Source: Balanoglossus misakiensis
Lineage: Eukaryota > Animalia > Hemichordata
DNA length: 64,000 bases
Assembly: GCA_040954595.2 (NCBI GenBank)
Contig: CM082589.2
Location: 8,878,894 to 8,942,893, forward strand
Direction: 5' to 3'
The notes below the pieces were generated by a model, which saw only the letters and a list, made by a program, of their open reading frames with translations, searched no databases and was not told the origin of the DNA. The translations under genes and the position numbers were made by a program. Positions 39,994 through 51,231 of the stretch are shown one piece after another; position 1 is the stretch's first letter; every line of letters begins with the position of its first letter.

Positions 39994-42900
39994 TCAATAG
40001 ATTTTAATGCTGATGGCTTCATGAAAACTGAAGTACTTTGGCACAATGTCAACTTCCACCTTTCCTGTTCCTTTCACATACACGTGGTCAATCAATGTAC
40101 CAGCTTCTGTGGTTGGTTTGCTCACGTGTTGCTTGAAACCATGGTCTTGCATGATTTTCACAAGAGATGAAGAGATTAAAATATTGTCATTGAAATCACC
40201 CATGATCACTGCAGCACCTGAATACTTTGACATTTCCTTCACCAACAGAAGTAGGTTTTTCCTGAATGCGACTGCTTTGTAGGATGATGGTCTGTAAATT
40301 ACTGCCACCACTGTATTGATATCTTTGACATAAAATGTAAGATATTCCAAGTTACTAACAGACAAATCCAAAATTTCAACAGAGTGGCCTACTTTGTAGT
40401 AGACACCAACACCACCATGATGTTGCAACTGCAACTGTGAAGTATTCATATCAAAGTTGTTATACGATTTTGATCGAGGCTTGTGACTGAATTCAAATCC
40501 ATTCACTATTACATCACATTTTGTTTGGTTCTCAGTTAGCCATGTTTCTGTCAAACAAATAAAGTCTGACTCCAAGTATTCCTTGCCACTACGAATATCT
40601 TCCATGTGGTTCAGAAGACCTTCAACATTATGAAGTATAAAAGAACATCTATAGTTTGGCTGTAATTGCTCAAAGCACCCATCAACAAACTTTGGCATCA
40701 TTTCCAAGGCTGCTTGAACCTTTTCATTGCAATATATAGAAGATGTCTTAAATTCATCAATTATTAGACCATCTAATGATGTCACTCGACTCAGTGCAAC
40801 ATATGCCTGTCCTGGTGCAAACATTTTCTTCAAACTAACGACAGCTTTTTCAACTGTTAATCCCTGTACCTTATGCACTGTACATGCCCATGCTAGTTTC
40901 AGAGGAAATTGTCTCCTAATACCACCATTACTTGCAACAGACATTTCCTGAGGTTCTATACGGGTGGTGTTTTCAGGAAGGTCAGATATATTTACACGGT
41001 TCTTGTTTCGCAATCCTCGGCCAACTTTGACATTGTCAAATACAACATAAACAGCAGTTGGAAAGCTTTCATTTGGTTTCATATCAATGTGACATACTGA
41101 TCCAAATACACCATTCACCAATCCATCAGAGACATCAATATTTTGTGTCAATTGCACTCGTGCACCCTTAGCTAGAGTGAGAGTCTTTGGTAAAGTGGTC
41201 CTATAGACCTTGGCATGATGGCCTTCCTTTCTTTGGAGTTTCCCAGTTTTAGTATTCTTACTAAAATCTTGTGCTTCAATACATACAGGATCAGAGCACA
41301 ATGAATGCAGCATTGTGATATTGCAATTGTTAACTTCTGCATTTGTAGCAAAGATGTGAATTGCCTCAGATGCTTCACCAGTCACACGGTTATTGAACAT
41401 TTCTAGATCATTTGCACTCAGCGTGTGCCCTTTCTTATGAACTCTTACTCTATTTAGTGCCTCTGCAAATGCACAGTCCTTTTGTCTCATAATTTCAGTG
41501 AGTTCCACAATTTTGAAATTATTCCACATATTGATGGCATCATTTTCCACACACAGTGGACTTGCTTTCACAGGTGGCAGCTGATAAAAGTCACCCACAG
41601 CAATAACACACACATTTCCAAATGGTGAATCACTTGATGTTTGTTTTATTTGACGTAATCGTCCATGTACATAGTGAAACAATTTTCTGTCTACCATAGA
41701 AATCTCATCTATTATTAAAATCTGAAGATTTCCCAATTTGGAACGAAGAGTGTTGAGTTTTTCTTCACGTAGTGGCTCATATGGTAGTTTTGAGTCAACT
41801 GCTATTGAAAATGCATGATGGAGAGTTTCACCTCCTACATTAAATGCTGCAACTCCAGTTGAGGCTGTTACCTGTATTGATTTTTCATCTGGATTAGCCA
41901 TGACACAAGATAGAATTCGTTTGGCTTCATGATATATGGTTTTAATTAAATGGCTTTTACCTGTGCCAGCACCACCACTGACAAACAAATACAAAGATTC
42001 TGGGTTCTTGCCATTGCTTTTATCCAGACACCACTGTCTGACACTATAAAAGACTTCTGCCTGTTTCCTGTTGAGTGACCTACACATTGCTTGAACATCA
42101 GCCCTCCTTACTTCAGAGGTAGAAATTTCTATGTGGCAATCACCTTTTGGTTTGTGCACCAAATCTGGAATATCCTCCTCATTTACATCATCATCATCAG
42201 GCAATTGTTGACGTTCATCAATGCATTCTAATCTGTCTATTTCATTTTCTGGACAGATTTGGGCCCATGCATCCTCTAGAGGGCCACTTCCTTCAAGGAG
42301 CTCTTCAGCTAAATCAACGGCATCAGCCTCTTTCTCAAACATTGCTTTATTGGCATCTACTATCAATTTCACTGTTTGTAACGATGCAGATCCACACTTC
42401 ACTGCACCCGCAGAATAGAAATTTTCATATGTTTCAAACCCATTTGGTTTCAATTGGGAATCAACCCAGTGTGGCAAGAAGAGTTCTAACATAGTGCGGT
42501 AATACTTTTCTGGATATTTAGTCACAGAAAATCTTGCATATCTAATGACAGCTGGATCAGTTCGAGATCTTTTTTGCATGTAACCTGCACCATTTTTCAA
42601 CTTGACTATTGGATTTGCACGTTTCTCAGTGCTGGTATTTGTCACTTCTGATTTTGACACTATTCGGTATTCTGAACAAAATGTCGCAAGACACATGTCG
42701 TCAAACTCGTCTCCATTTGGTCGGTTCTTGTATCTGTCTACAATGCTATTATACCAGATATCATTTTCATTCAAATCATCTCCTGTCATTTTGCTACGTA
42801 TTACACTCAATGGCAAACTCATTTTGATAGGGGTTTCTCCAGTTGGAATGAACTGGACTTTTCGAGATGATTGCTTCAGTTTCAATCCACACAGTCTATA

Positions 42901-45900
42901 TACAGCCTCTTGGGCACTCACTTCTCTGTTATGCAGATAAACACTGCCCAACTGTTTCAATGCAGATTTCGCATCCATATTTCCTTCTTTGTTAGCTTCT
43001 CTCTGTGCATTTTCCAGCAGTAAACCCATTTCTCTCTCTGCCTTAGAGATGTATGACACAATGTACACAACACAGGCATAAGCATCCACAACAAATTGAA
43101 TGTCCATGTTTGCATTCCAGCAAAGAAGCAGGTTAGAATTGTATTGGTTTACCCAAACATCATTTGGCTCACGCTTTAATACTACACTTGTTTTCCTTGC
43201 CAAAATTGCATGTGCTTTCTCAAACATCTCCTGAGAAATGCTGACTTCATTAAACAGTGCATCAACCGAATCAATCTGTTTCTCTTTGTCATGCAGGCAT
43301 GTCCACACTTTTTCTAGAATATTCCTAGCAGCCATCTGGCTCATCACATTATCAATTAACTGAGTCGTGTCTCTTTGACATTTCTCTTCTAGTGTTTCTT
43401 TATCGTCATCAATGTTTGACTTCTCACCTTCACCTGTCATTTCTATATCTATATCAGGACGGCATATGAACGTTTTCTTTGATGGTGGTCGTGGAAAGTT
43501 GAATCTGCATCTAGTGCCCTTTTTCTTGCAAGATTTGGAGTGCCTTGAGCTGTGTTTCTGAACTTTATTCACAATCTCTTGCAATTCCTCATCCTCCTCA
43601 ACAGAAGGCATTTGACATGTTACATATCTGTCAACAAAATCAACTACATCTTCATCAGTATCTCTATCAACCTTTGGTGCATTTTCAACCCAAAATAAAC
43701 AGTGTGTATGTGGTGAGCCTCGTTGTTGAAACTCGACTCGATAAAAATAATCTTTGATATTTCCAATAGGATTGGCTGGTGACATGATGACTTCACTCAG
43801 AAAACAATGAAATCTGTGATCAAACATTCTGGCTGCTGTTACAGGATTTCGTCTCAAGATAGCACATTTCTCAGACCAATCAAGATCCTCAGCATTACGT
43901 ACGTCTCCTTCTCCACGAAGTATAGTTTCAATAACTTCTTTCCACCGTAAGTCGGCAGCAGAAAATGAGCAAAACCATGTTGGTATACCCAACTGTCTGA
44001 TCATTGCAAACAGGTCTTTTTGTGTTGCTTGCCAATAAGGAGGAGTTCCTCTTATAGGTTTTAAAAACTTGTACCCTTCATCAGACTTCAAAATCTGTTT
44101 CAAAGATTCACTGTCACTTAAAACATCGGATGTCACTTTTTTGCCACAAGCATTAGCAGTTCCTTTTCTCAAAGCAATTGACACATTGGATACAACCTGG
44201 TTAATTTCAGACAGATATTGCGCATAAAATATATAGTCTGTGCTTTTTGAAAATCTGTTACTTGCATTCATTACACGACTTTGCAAGTATCGTCCTATTG
44301 TTATCTTAACCTCTCGGTCATCATGAAATGTGGGTGACCCAGTTGGGAATAACACAGGAAAGCACTTGGCTTCATTCAACTTTTCCATCAACAGACTAAC
44401 AGGTGTATTACCCTCTGCAGGAGCAACACAAGATATATCCTCAAAGTGATAATCAAGAATATCCTGACCTATGTCAATTGGTTGGAGGCATGTGTCCATC
44501 AATATTCCATTAGTATCTTTGTTTGACACATTGTTATCCTCTGTGTCTAATGACACATCATTACCTTCAGTATCTGAAACATTTCCTTTGGTCTTTTCAT
44601 TGCTTTCATCAATGTTTTTGTCATCAGACATTTCTGATTCGCTGTTATTAATTTTAGCATCTGAAAGATCTTCTTCAGTCTTTTCAAGAGTATTTTTCCA
44701 ATCCATATTGAAAGTTATATCACTGTAATAATGATTATTTGTCTGGAGGTATTCCAAAGCATTCTGAATGTGTCGTTTGTTTACAAACTGATACTCATAG
44801 TAACCTTTATAACTCAGCTTTCGCTTCAATTTGACCCTTATCATCTGATCATCAAACTCATTTCGAGGCAAAATATTTGTAGCCTTCTTTATATCAGAAG
44901 GGACACACACTACAGGTCCATGGACTCCATTCTGACCACCCTTAGGTAATGCCAACATTTTCATGAATGGTATATTTAATGCAATTAAATGTTGCTCAAG
45001 TGAGTTGAGGCATTTCAATTCAGGAGGGACTGGTGTGACATGAAGGTTATTTGCAGCAGCTTGAACTGGCATCTCTCCACGTAAAAGCTTTCTGTGGCAT
45101 GTGTGACAAATCCATAATGTACTGGCTGCACTATTCTTGAGAGGGCAGTCAGCCATACATGTCGGGGCACATTTGTGCACATATTCTTCTGATATACATT
45201 TTACAGCAATATCAGATGTAATTCTGTTACTGTAATATTTATCCTTCTTGCAAACAATTACTTGTTTCCTGAAAAGTCTACGATAACAAACAGAACATAC
45301 ACAATTTGGACCTTCTGAGGCAGTATTTCTGAAATTAGCAATAACATGCTGAACATTATGCTTGTCAATGTCATTCTGTATCATCTGACACCTGCTTCTC
45401 TTCAATGCATTATCTTTGTAATGAGGATCAATCTCATATCGTTGAATACTCTGTGCCTTTTTGCATTCTCTGTAAAGATCATTCTGTTCGTATTTCTGTA
45501 TTAATTTTGCCTTCTTTTCCTCACGAAAGTTTACGTCTCTCTGATATTTTTGTGATATTTTTTTTGACATTTCTGCCTTATGTGCCTCCCGAAAATCAGG
45601 ATTTTGGTTGTAATTCACTCTTACACGTGCCTTCTTTGCCTCCCGTAAATCAGGATTTTCTTGGTAATTCAATCTTACATGTGCTTTCTTTGCCTCCCGA
45701 AAATCGGGATTTTCTTGGTAATTCACTCTTACGTGTGCTTTCTTTGCCTCCCGAAAATCGGGATTTTCTTGGTAATTCACTCTTACGTGGGCTTTCTTTG
45801 CCTCCCGAAAATCGGGATTTTGTTCATATAAATCTTTCATTTTTTGTTTCTTACTTTCTCGGATCTGATGATAATGCTGTCTACTTTTTAACTTCTTCGT

Positions 45901-47196
45901 CTCTCTATATTGAGAATTACTGTGGTACAATTCATATTTGGATATTGCCCTGCAGCTCTTTGCAGTAGTCTCAGTACATTCATATTTTTCTTTTCTGATT
46001 TTCTTTCGTAATCGTTCACTCATTGCTGGTCTCTTACCTCTTCCTTTTGTAACACTTTCAGTTTCATCACTTAAGTGGAAATTTCCTTTCTTGTCCAATG
46101 GACTCTTTAGTGGAACACAACTGCCACTATCTGCCTCATTGTGGAATTCATTAGTCATACCTTCACTTGAGACAAGTTCACCACATTCAATGTGTGTAGA
46201 GCCAGATGTTACCATCTCAGGTGTCTTTACACTCTTGACAATTTCAAAATGGTCTCTGTTGCGATGGTTCAGGTATATACCTACACCTTTATCAACATTA
46301 CTTTTATTAATTGCATTACAATAATGTCTTAGCCATGTTCCAGAACTATACACATAGATGTTAGTTTGTAAGAGATCGGCAGCGGCCAAGATCTCATTTT
46401 CGGAACCCCAGATTGTTAGGCAATTCATTCTAGACTTTGCAATATAATCAGCAACTGATGTATATCCTTGGTCTTGGTCCAGCCAACCAAAATATGCACT
46501 GTCATTTGCAATCATGTGGTTTACAATGGCCTTTCGCATTACAGCATGGTTACGTTCACTGCCACTTATGGCATACGACAAAGCTCTAAACAAACAATTA
46601 CCATCACCGATAATAGACTTCATATTGCATGGTTCACCAATTTCAACACTACGAATTTCATCGAGCATTTCAACTTTATTTCCATATTTTATGTGAAGCT
46701 TACAGCATAACTCTTGGCATATGGTGGTGGTTACAGGAGAAAAAACAAATTCATTCGGGGTAACATTCTGAATAATACATTCATTGTCATTTCTCTTGTG
46801 TGCAATATCAACTGCTTTCTCAATCTGTAAATTTCCATTAACACAAGTGACAATGTCACCATTTGCAGGTACCCTAGAATCATTGGTTCCCCGAAGGGAA
46901 GTTTCAAAGTTTTCACCCTTCGAACACCGAAGGTTTGAACCCCGAAGGGAAGTTTCACAGTTTTGATCCTTCGAACACCGAAGGCTGGCACCCCGAAGGG
47001 TATTGTCGCTGAGATTATAGAGGGCAGCATCCTCTTTGATTACGTCGCTGTTTTTTGAGAGGGCAGCATCCTCTGTCATATCGAAGCTGTTTTTTGAGAG
47101 GGCAGCATCCTCTGTCATATCGAAGCTGTTTTTTGAGAGGGCAGCATCCTCTTTCATCTGACTCCTCTTCTTCCTCCAGTTCCTAGAGCGTGGCAT
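39994..47196 (-). CDS. Helentron RepHel polyprotein, 2400 aa: OTU cysteine protease, Zn-finger region, HUH Rep, PIF1 (SF1B) helicase, AP-type (EEP) endonuclease
   Basis: OTU IGDGNCLFRALS..WG..HF; Rep VEFQQRGSPHTH and YIVSYISKAE; helicase GGAGTGKS, IIDEISM, GDFYQLPP, VHKVQGLT, GQAYVALSR; endonuclease HNVEG, CLTETW, IYRP, GDFN, IDHVY. Uninterrupted 7.2-kb ORF. Confidence 0.97.
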   Translation of the reverse strand: MPRSRNWRKKRSQMKEDAALSKNSFDMTEDAALSKNSFDMTEDAALSKNSDVIKEDAALYNLSDNTLRGASLRCSKDQNCETSLRGSNLRCSKGENFETSLRGTNDSRVPANGDIVTCVNGNLQIEKAVDIAHKRNDNECIIQNVTPNEFVFSPVTTTICQELCCKLHIKYGNKVEMLDEIRSVEIGEPCNMKSIIGDGNCLFRALSYAISGSERNHAVMRKAIVNHMIANDSAYFGWLDQDQGYTSVADYIAKSRMNCLTIWGSENEILAAADLLQTNIYVYSSGTWLRHYCNAINKSNVDKGVGIYLNHRNRDHFEIVKSVKTPEMVTSGSTHIECGELVSSEGMTNEFHNEADSGSCVPLKSPLDKKGNFHLSDETESVTKGRGKRPAMSERLRKKIRKEKYECTETTAKSCRAISKYELYHSNSQYRETKKLKSRQHYHQIRESKKQKMKDLYEQNPDFREAKKAHVRVNYQENPDFREAKKAHVRVNYQENPDFREAKKAHVRLNYQENPDLREAKKARVRVNYNQNPDFREAHKAEMSKKISQKYQRDVNFREEKKAKLIQKYEQNDLYRECKKAQSIQRYEIDPHYKDNALKRSRCQMIQNDIDKHNVQHVIANFRNTASEGPNCVCSVCYRRLFRKQVIVCKKDKYYSNRITSDIAVKCISEEYVHKCAPTCMADCPLKNSAASTLWICHTCHRKLLRGEMPVQAAANNLHVTPVPPELKCLNSLEQHLIALNIPFMKMLALPKGGQNGVHGPVVCVPSDIKKATNILPRNEFDDQMIRVKLKRKLSYKGYYEYQFVNKRHIQNALEYLQTNNHYYSDITFNMDWKNTLEKTEEDLSDAKINNSESEMSDDKNIDESNEKTKGNVSDTEGNDVSLDTEDNNVSNKDTNGILMDTCLQPIDIGQDILDYHFEDISCVAPAEGNTPVSLLMEKLNEAKCFPVLFPTGSPTFHDDREVKITIGRYLQSRVMNASNRFSKSTDYIFYAQYLSEINQVVSNVSIALRKGTANACGKKVTSDVLSDSESLKQILKSDEGYKFLKPIRGTPPYWQATQKDLFAMIRQLGIPTWFCSFSAADLRWKEVIETILRGEGDVRNAEDLDWSEKCAILRRNPVTAARMFDHRFHCFLSEVIMSPANPIGNIKDYFYRVEFQQRGSPHTHCLFWVENAPKVDRDTDEDVVDFVDRYVTCQMPSVEEDEELQEIVNKVQKHSSRHSKSCKKKGTRCRFNFPRPPSKKTFICRPDIDIEMTGEGEKSNIDDDKETLEEKCQRDTTQLIDNVMSQMAARNILEKVWTCLHDKEKQIDSVDALFNEVSISQEMFEKAHAILARKTSVVLKREPNDVWVNQYNSNLLLCWNANMDIQFVVDAYACVVYIVSYISKAEREMGLLLENAQREANKEGNMDAKSALKQLGSVYLHNREVSAQEAVYRLCGLKLKQSSRKVQFIPTGETPIKMSLPLSVIRSKMTGDDLNENDIWYNSIVDRYKNRPNGDEFDDMCLATFCSEYRIVSKSEVTNTSTEKRANPIVKLKNGAGYMQKRSRTDPAVIRYARFSVTKYPEKYYRTMLELFLPHWVDSQLKPNGFETYENFYSAGAVKCGSASLQTVKLIVDANKAMFEKEADAVDLAEELLEGSGPLEDAWAQICPENEIDRLECIDERQQLPDDDDVNEEDIPDLVHKPKGDCHIEISTSEVRRADVQAMCRSLNRKQAEVFYSVRQWCLDKSNGKNPESLYLFVSGGAGTGKSHLIKTIYHEAKRILSCVMANPDEKSIQVTASTGVAAFNVGGETLHHAFSIAVDSKLPYEPLREEKLNTLRSKLGNLQILIIDEISMVDRKLFHYVHGRLRQIKQTSSDSPFGNVCVIAVGDFYQLPPVKASPLCVENDAINMWNNFKIVELTEIMRQKDCAFAEALNRVRVHKKGHTLSANDLEMFNNRVTGEASEAIHIFATNAEVNNCNITMLHSLCSDPVCIEAQDFSKNTKTGKLQRKEGHHAKVYRTTLPKTLTLAKGARVQLTQNIDVSDGLVNGVFGSVCHIDMKPNESFPTAVYVVFDNVKVGRGLRNKNRVNISDLPENTTRIEPQEMSVASNGGIRRQFPLKLAWACTVHKVQGLTVEKAVVSLKKMFAPGQAYVALSRVTSLDGLIIDEFKTSSIYCNEKVQAALEMMPKFVDGCFEQLQPNYRCSFILHNVEGLLNHMEDIRSGKEYLESDFICLTETWLTENQTKCDVIVNGFEFSHKPRSKSYNNFDMNTSQLQLQHHGGVGVYYKVGHSVEILDLSVSNLEYLTFYVKDINTVVAVIYRPSSYKAVAFRKNLLLLVKEMSKYSGAAVIMGDFNDNILISSSLVKIMQDHGFKQHVSKPTTEAGTLIDHVYVKGTGKVEVDIVPKYFSFHEAISIKIY
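45575..45835 (-). repeat. In-frame 54-bp coding minisatellite (YQENPDFREAKKAHVRVN-type, ~5 copies)
   Basis: Visible in both DNA and translation, between the OTU and Zn-finger regions. Confidence 0.9.
46880..47155 (-). repeat. In-frame N-terminal repeats (13-aa EDAALSKNSFDMT ~3.5 copies; 17-aa TSLRGxxLRCSK ~2.5 copies)
   Basis: 39-bp and 51-bp tandem units in the DNA. Confidence 0.9.
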
Positions 47197-47967
47197 CTGA
47201 AATCAATAAATACATAACTGTTAACATTTTAATGTCCGGGACTATTGTACAGACCAGAATGCCAGAATAAAATGTGGTGATAGCTTCACTGTAGAGGTAT
47301 AGGCCTATGGGTAGGTCAAGGTCACGGATAAACCTGTTGACATGGTCCACAACCTTGAAATTTGGCATGTGGGATCCTGACCATATACCGGTACATGTAG
47401 TGTACAAGGACTGTCAACAGATTTTTTATTCCACATTTTAATATAAATAAGGTCCATATGAAAATTCCAATCAAAGCTGACAATTACAGTGAGTAATTAA
47501 AAATTCAAGAGTGTTATGCATGAAATTACATAGGCCCACATAATTGTGCCAAGTTTGAGATTCATAGATTCAGCCGATCACACTTTCTTCTCATTTACCT
47601 TTTTGAAATATTTGTTTGCAATCTGGGTAAGACAAGTAGACATTTCTGTAGAAACTATTCCAACATATGTTGACTTCATGCACATAGAATAAAGTCAAAG
47701 TAGTAAGACAGCATGTGCCATTCTCAAACAAAACTATAGACATTTTTTTCACACAGGACGTGATTAAAGAAATTTAGCTCAGCAAAAATTTCCCACTCAA
47801 ATTATGGCATTTGTTGTATTTACACATAGTGACTGTACATTTCAAGGCAATTGGACACTTGGATACTAAGAGGGTTTAATTATATACCAAAATTTCACAA
47901 TTTCCAAAAACTATACTAAGGCCAAACATGCATATAAAATTTAAACACATTTGCACTAGTTATTTAA

Positions 47968-48570
47968 AGCCACAGTATTTCTCGTAGGGGCAAAATTTTG
48001 TTTGAAACGGCATCTATAATTTCTAAAAGTAGATGATAATTGATACTGAATCGAACAGTCATCATCCCCAGCTCTGCTGATAAACTCATACAATTTACAA
48101 TATAACGAGTGAAGAATGACTTTCTGTCCGGACAGAAAGTCACGTGAGTCAGGCTAATGTTGACACACGTGACTAGTGCGCATGCGCACTCAAATGTGAA
48201 TCTATGCGGAAGAGGTTTGGTCGCCCCAAATCAAGCGACTCAGCGAAGAAATGCGCACTAATTCGGCGAAATTTTGGGAAGATAACTTTATGGGAGAAAT
48301 CAGTCGATGGAACCAGATCAAATCCAAAAATGGTCTGACCATCAAAATGTCAAAGTGGCACGTTTGCTGATCGACATGTACAACATTTCCGTTGTAAACA
48401 AACCCGCGCATCATTTCAAGTGTTACGGGCGATATTTTCGGCTTGCATGTAGCTACAATTGCCCAAACCTTTCTTACATCTTCATTATATAGTATTCCAT
48501 GATGGATGTACTGGAAAAACGGGCTTTTTTCGATGATGAAAAATGGATGCACACGAGAAATACTGGGGCT
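47968..48570. mobile_element. Kolobok-like MITE (TTAA TSD) inside the Helentron
   Basis: ttaa|agccacagtatttctcgt ... acgagaaatactggggct|ttaa, an 18-bp TIR with one mismatch. Confidence 0.8.
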
Positions 48571-49061
48571 TTAACAGAACACTTGTGTTGACACATGACA
48601 GACAACCTATGAACAATTGTCTTATCTGATAAGCTCTGTGTCAGAGCAGAGTTATGACAAGTAACCTGCAATGAATCACATGCAGAACTGTACTGCAGTG
48701 CATTATGCTGAAGGTCTCTTCACATGGCAGACACACTTACCTTGGGATATCTTTGGTTATACAAAACTGCAAGAAAGCAAATAATATAAATTATCATTAC
48801 TGGTTATAGGTGTACATGTTTGCCACTGAATCCAACAGAATACATGCATATTATTTCTGCATAAAATCCAGTTCATCTATTTCCATCAGGCATTTCCTCT
48901 TTATCTTCACTAAACATAACAGACTACAGTATATGCGCCAATACAATCAAAGCAAACACATACAACCACATACAAAAAGATAAAAGACAGTGCCAGATAT
49001 AACATCATAAAGGAGTCATTGAAATTACCACCCTTATAACATGAGAATCTTTACAGTATAA

Positions 49062-49792
49062 GGGACCGTTCAGTTTTTACGGCCAGGGGGGGGGGGGCAA
49101 GTTTGTGTCATCGATTTTCAAAATCAGGCCGACCCCCCCTTCACCAAGGACCAAAAAATGATGACCCCCCCTTTGACAGACCCAAAAATATGATGACCCC
49201 CCCCCCCCCCATGCCGAAAACATGAACCTATGTACACTGTATGCAATAAATGGAATGAGGCTCCTCTCGCCTCAATTAGACATTAAATTAAATGAACAAA
49301 CTAAAATGACAATCCAATACAATAGTTGGTAGAATTGGTAAAAAAAGAAAAGTGGCGGGGGTGTCCCCCTCCCACATAAGAAAATTTGGTAAAATACAGT
49401 GCTCAAAGTTGCATTTTAATGAACTCAAAAGCAAATTAACTTAATGTTAGGGAGGACAAATTTTAATTTTGCCACTCCACTCAAAAGAAGGATCGGGGTA
49501 GGGTGGGAAGAAGTCTGCCCTGTACACTAGACAAACCAGCGAATAAATGCAATGTGGGGGAGAATGGAGGGGGTTGGTGTCCCCCTCCCACATTAGAAAA
49601 CTTTGTAAAATAAAGGGCGTGAAACTGCAATTTTGTGTACTCAAAAGCAAAAGTTCGGTGGCAAAAGTATATGACCCCCCTAAACATTTAAAAAAACAGA
49701 TGACCCCCCCCCCCTCTTGGACTTAAGTCACCCCCCTGGATTTTGATCCCGCCACCCCCCCCCCCCCCCGGCCGTAAAAACTGAACGGTCCC
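49062..49792. mobile_element. PIF/Harbinger-type MITE (TAA TSD) inside the Helentron
   Basis: taa|gggaccgttcagtttttacggcc ... ggccgtaaaaactgaacggtccc|taa, a perfect 23-bp TIR followed by G/C runs. Confidence 0.88.
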
Positions 49793-50671
49793 TAAGTGAT
49801 CCCATTCCCCATCGTCACACTTTACATTCAAACACCTTTACAAAGACTGAATACTGCATATCAAAATACATGTAAGTACATTGTTTTCTGCATACACAAT
49901 AGAACCATGCATAGTGACACAAAAATAATTCAATGTACATATACAACACAGCCAATCCAGAACGGCTGACAGTGCACACCCAGACATAAACAAAGGGTAC
50001 ATGTAGTACTAATACCTAGCCACACACACCCACTTTGATAAACTTGCACACAGACAGGAGTTCCAGACATACATGAATCAACAAAGACATGCAGACAAAG
50101 ATTCAGAAAAAGATGCAAACACATGATACATAGACATACCTACACACACGCATCCACACTCTGATGAACTAGCACACAGACGGACAGGCATCAAAGAGGT
50201 GCAAAGGTCCAAACACACGCAATCACATGGTGCAATTATATACACTGTGCACAGGCTGTATATACCAACATTCACATATGTGCCACACACTCAACTAAAC
50301 TGGCACACGAACAGACATGAAACCAAGCAAAAATTAATCCTCACGTAACAGTTGCTTCTTTTGATATAGCAAAAATTTCATGTCATGCCAATGACCTGTT
50401 TTACAGTATGTCATGAACACTTCACCCTGGTGACTTTGTTGTGGTTCATTCTACTTGTGCAGCATTGTAGTCTAAATGCAACATAAGAATACCCAGCAAT
50501 ACTATTTGCAATCTATGCATATACCTCTAATAGACTATAGAAATGAATTATTCAATTCACAGCTAAAACTACAATTCGTTGCTTCTTGAACATATTCCCA
50601 AGGTTTAATATAACTGCAATTTCTTCCTCAATGACACTAATATGAAATGTACAAAACTGAGAATGTGTTTA

Positions 50672-50766
50672 TTAGCTGCAATGATTGTAGCGGGTGCTGC
50701 TAGGTTGACTGGTGTGTTCGCAGCATCAGTCAACCTAGCAGCACCCGCTACAATCATTGCAGCTAA
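50672..50766. repeat. Perfect 40-bp inverted repeat with a 15-nt loop
   Basis: ttagctgcaatgattgtagcgggtgctgctaggttgactg (50672-50711) and its exact reverse complement (50727-50766). Confidence 0.95.
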
Positions 50767-51216
50767 GGATTTCCCTTCGATTACATAGCGAACCATTTGC
50801 ACAGATACTTACAGTTTTGCTGGGTTCTGTAATGTATTATTTCATCCAAAAAGCTGCACGTTTCAAGAAAGAACCAAAACAAACTCACCTGCAGACCGCA
50901 TGTGGTGGTCGCGATTCTATTTTTACCCTAAGTCCCTAACCCTACTTTTTAGGCAGCTGTGTCAGCGATCGAAAAGAATCGTCAATAATTTCACACAATC
51001 GAATTAAACTTCGATGATGGCCATCAAGTACTCATAACCCAACATCTTCCCGCACAGTGTCATATATCTTTCGTGCCTTGAAACATCGGGATCGCTTATC
51101 TAAAACTAATTTTCGAAAGACGGGCTTTACAAAATAATACTCACCAGTAGTTCAGTATAGAGTGTGGCTGTAATTGGTATAGCGCCCCCAAACATTGGTA
51201 TTCTGCCTTTCTTTTG

Positions 51217-51231
51217 TACGTCACTTCCGCC
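51217..51231 (-). promoter_or_regulatory. ETS-CRE composite motif, candidate promoter element for the Helentron transcript
   Basis: Minus strand ggcggaagtgacgta lies ~75 bp upstream of a GT donor-like site (ctg|gtgagta, ~51139-51148). The ORF's ATG directly follows a tttcag acceptor-like site. Confidence 0.35.

Noticed and set aside
10582-46640. Functional link between the transposon UBL-GG domain and the Helentron OTU protease
   Set aside because: They are in unrelated elements 30 kb or more apart in a transposon-rich region; co-location is not evidence of interaction.
40046-46966. Short ORFs overlapping the RepHel gene
   Set aside because: Antisense or off-frame shadows of the long ORF.
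49930-50320. Cys/Val-rich ORFs
   Set aside because: Translation of CA-rich low-complexity DNA.
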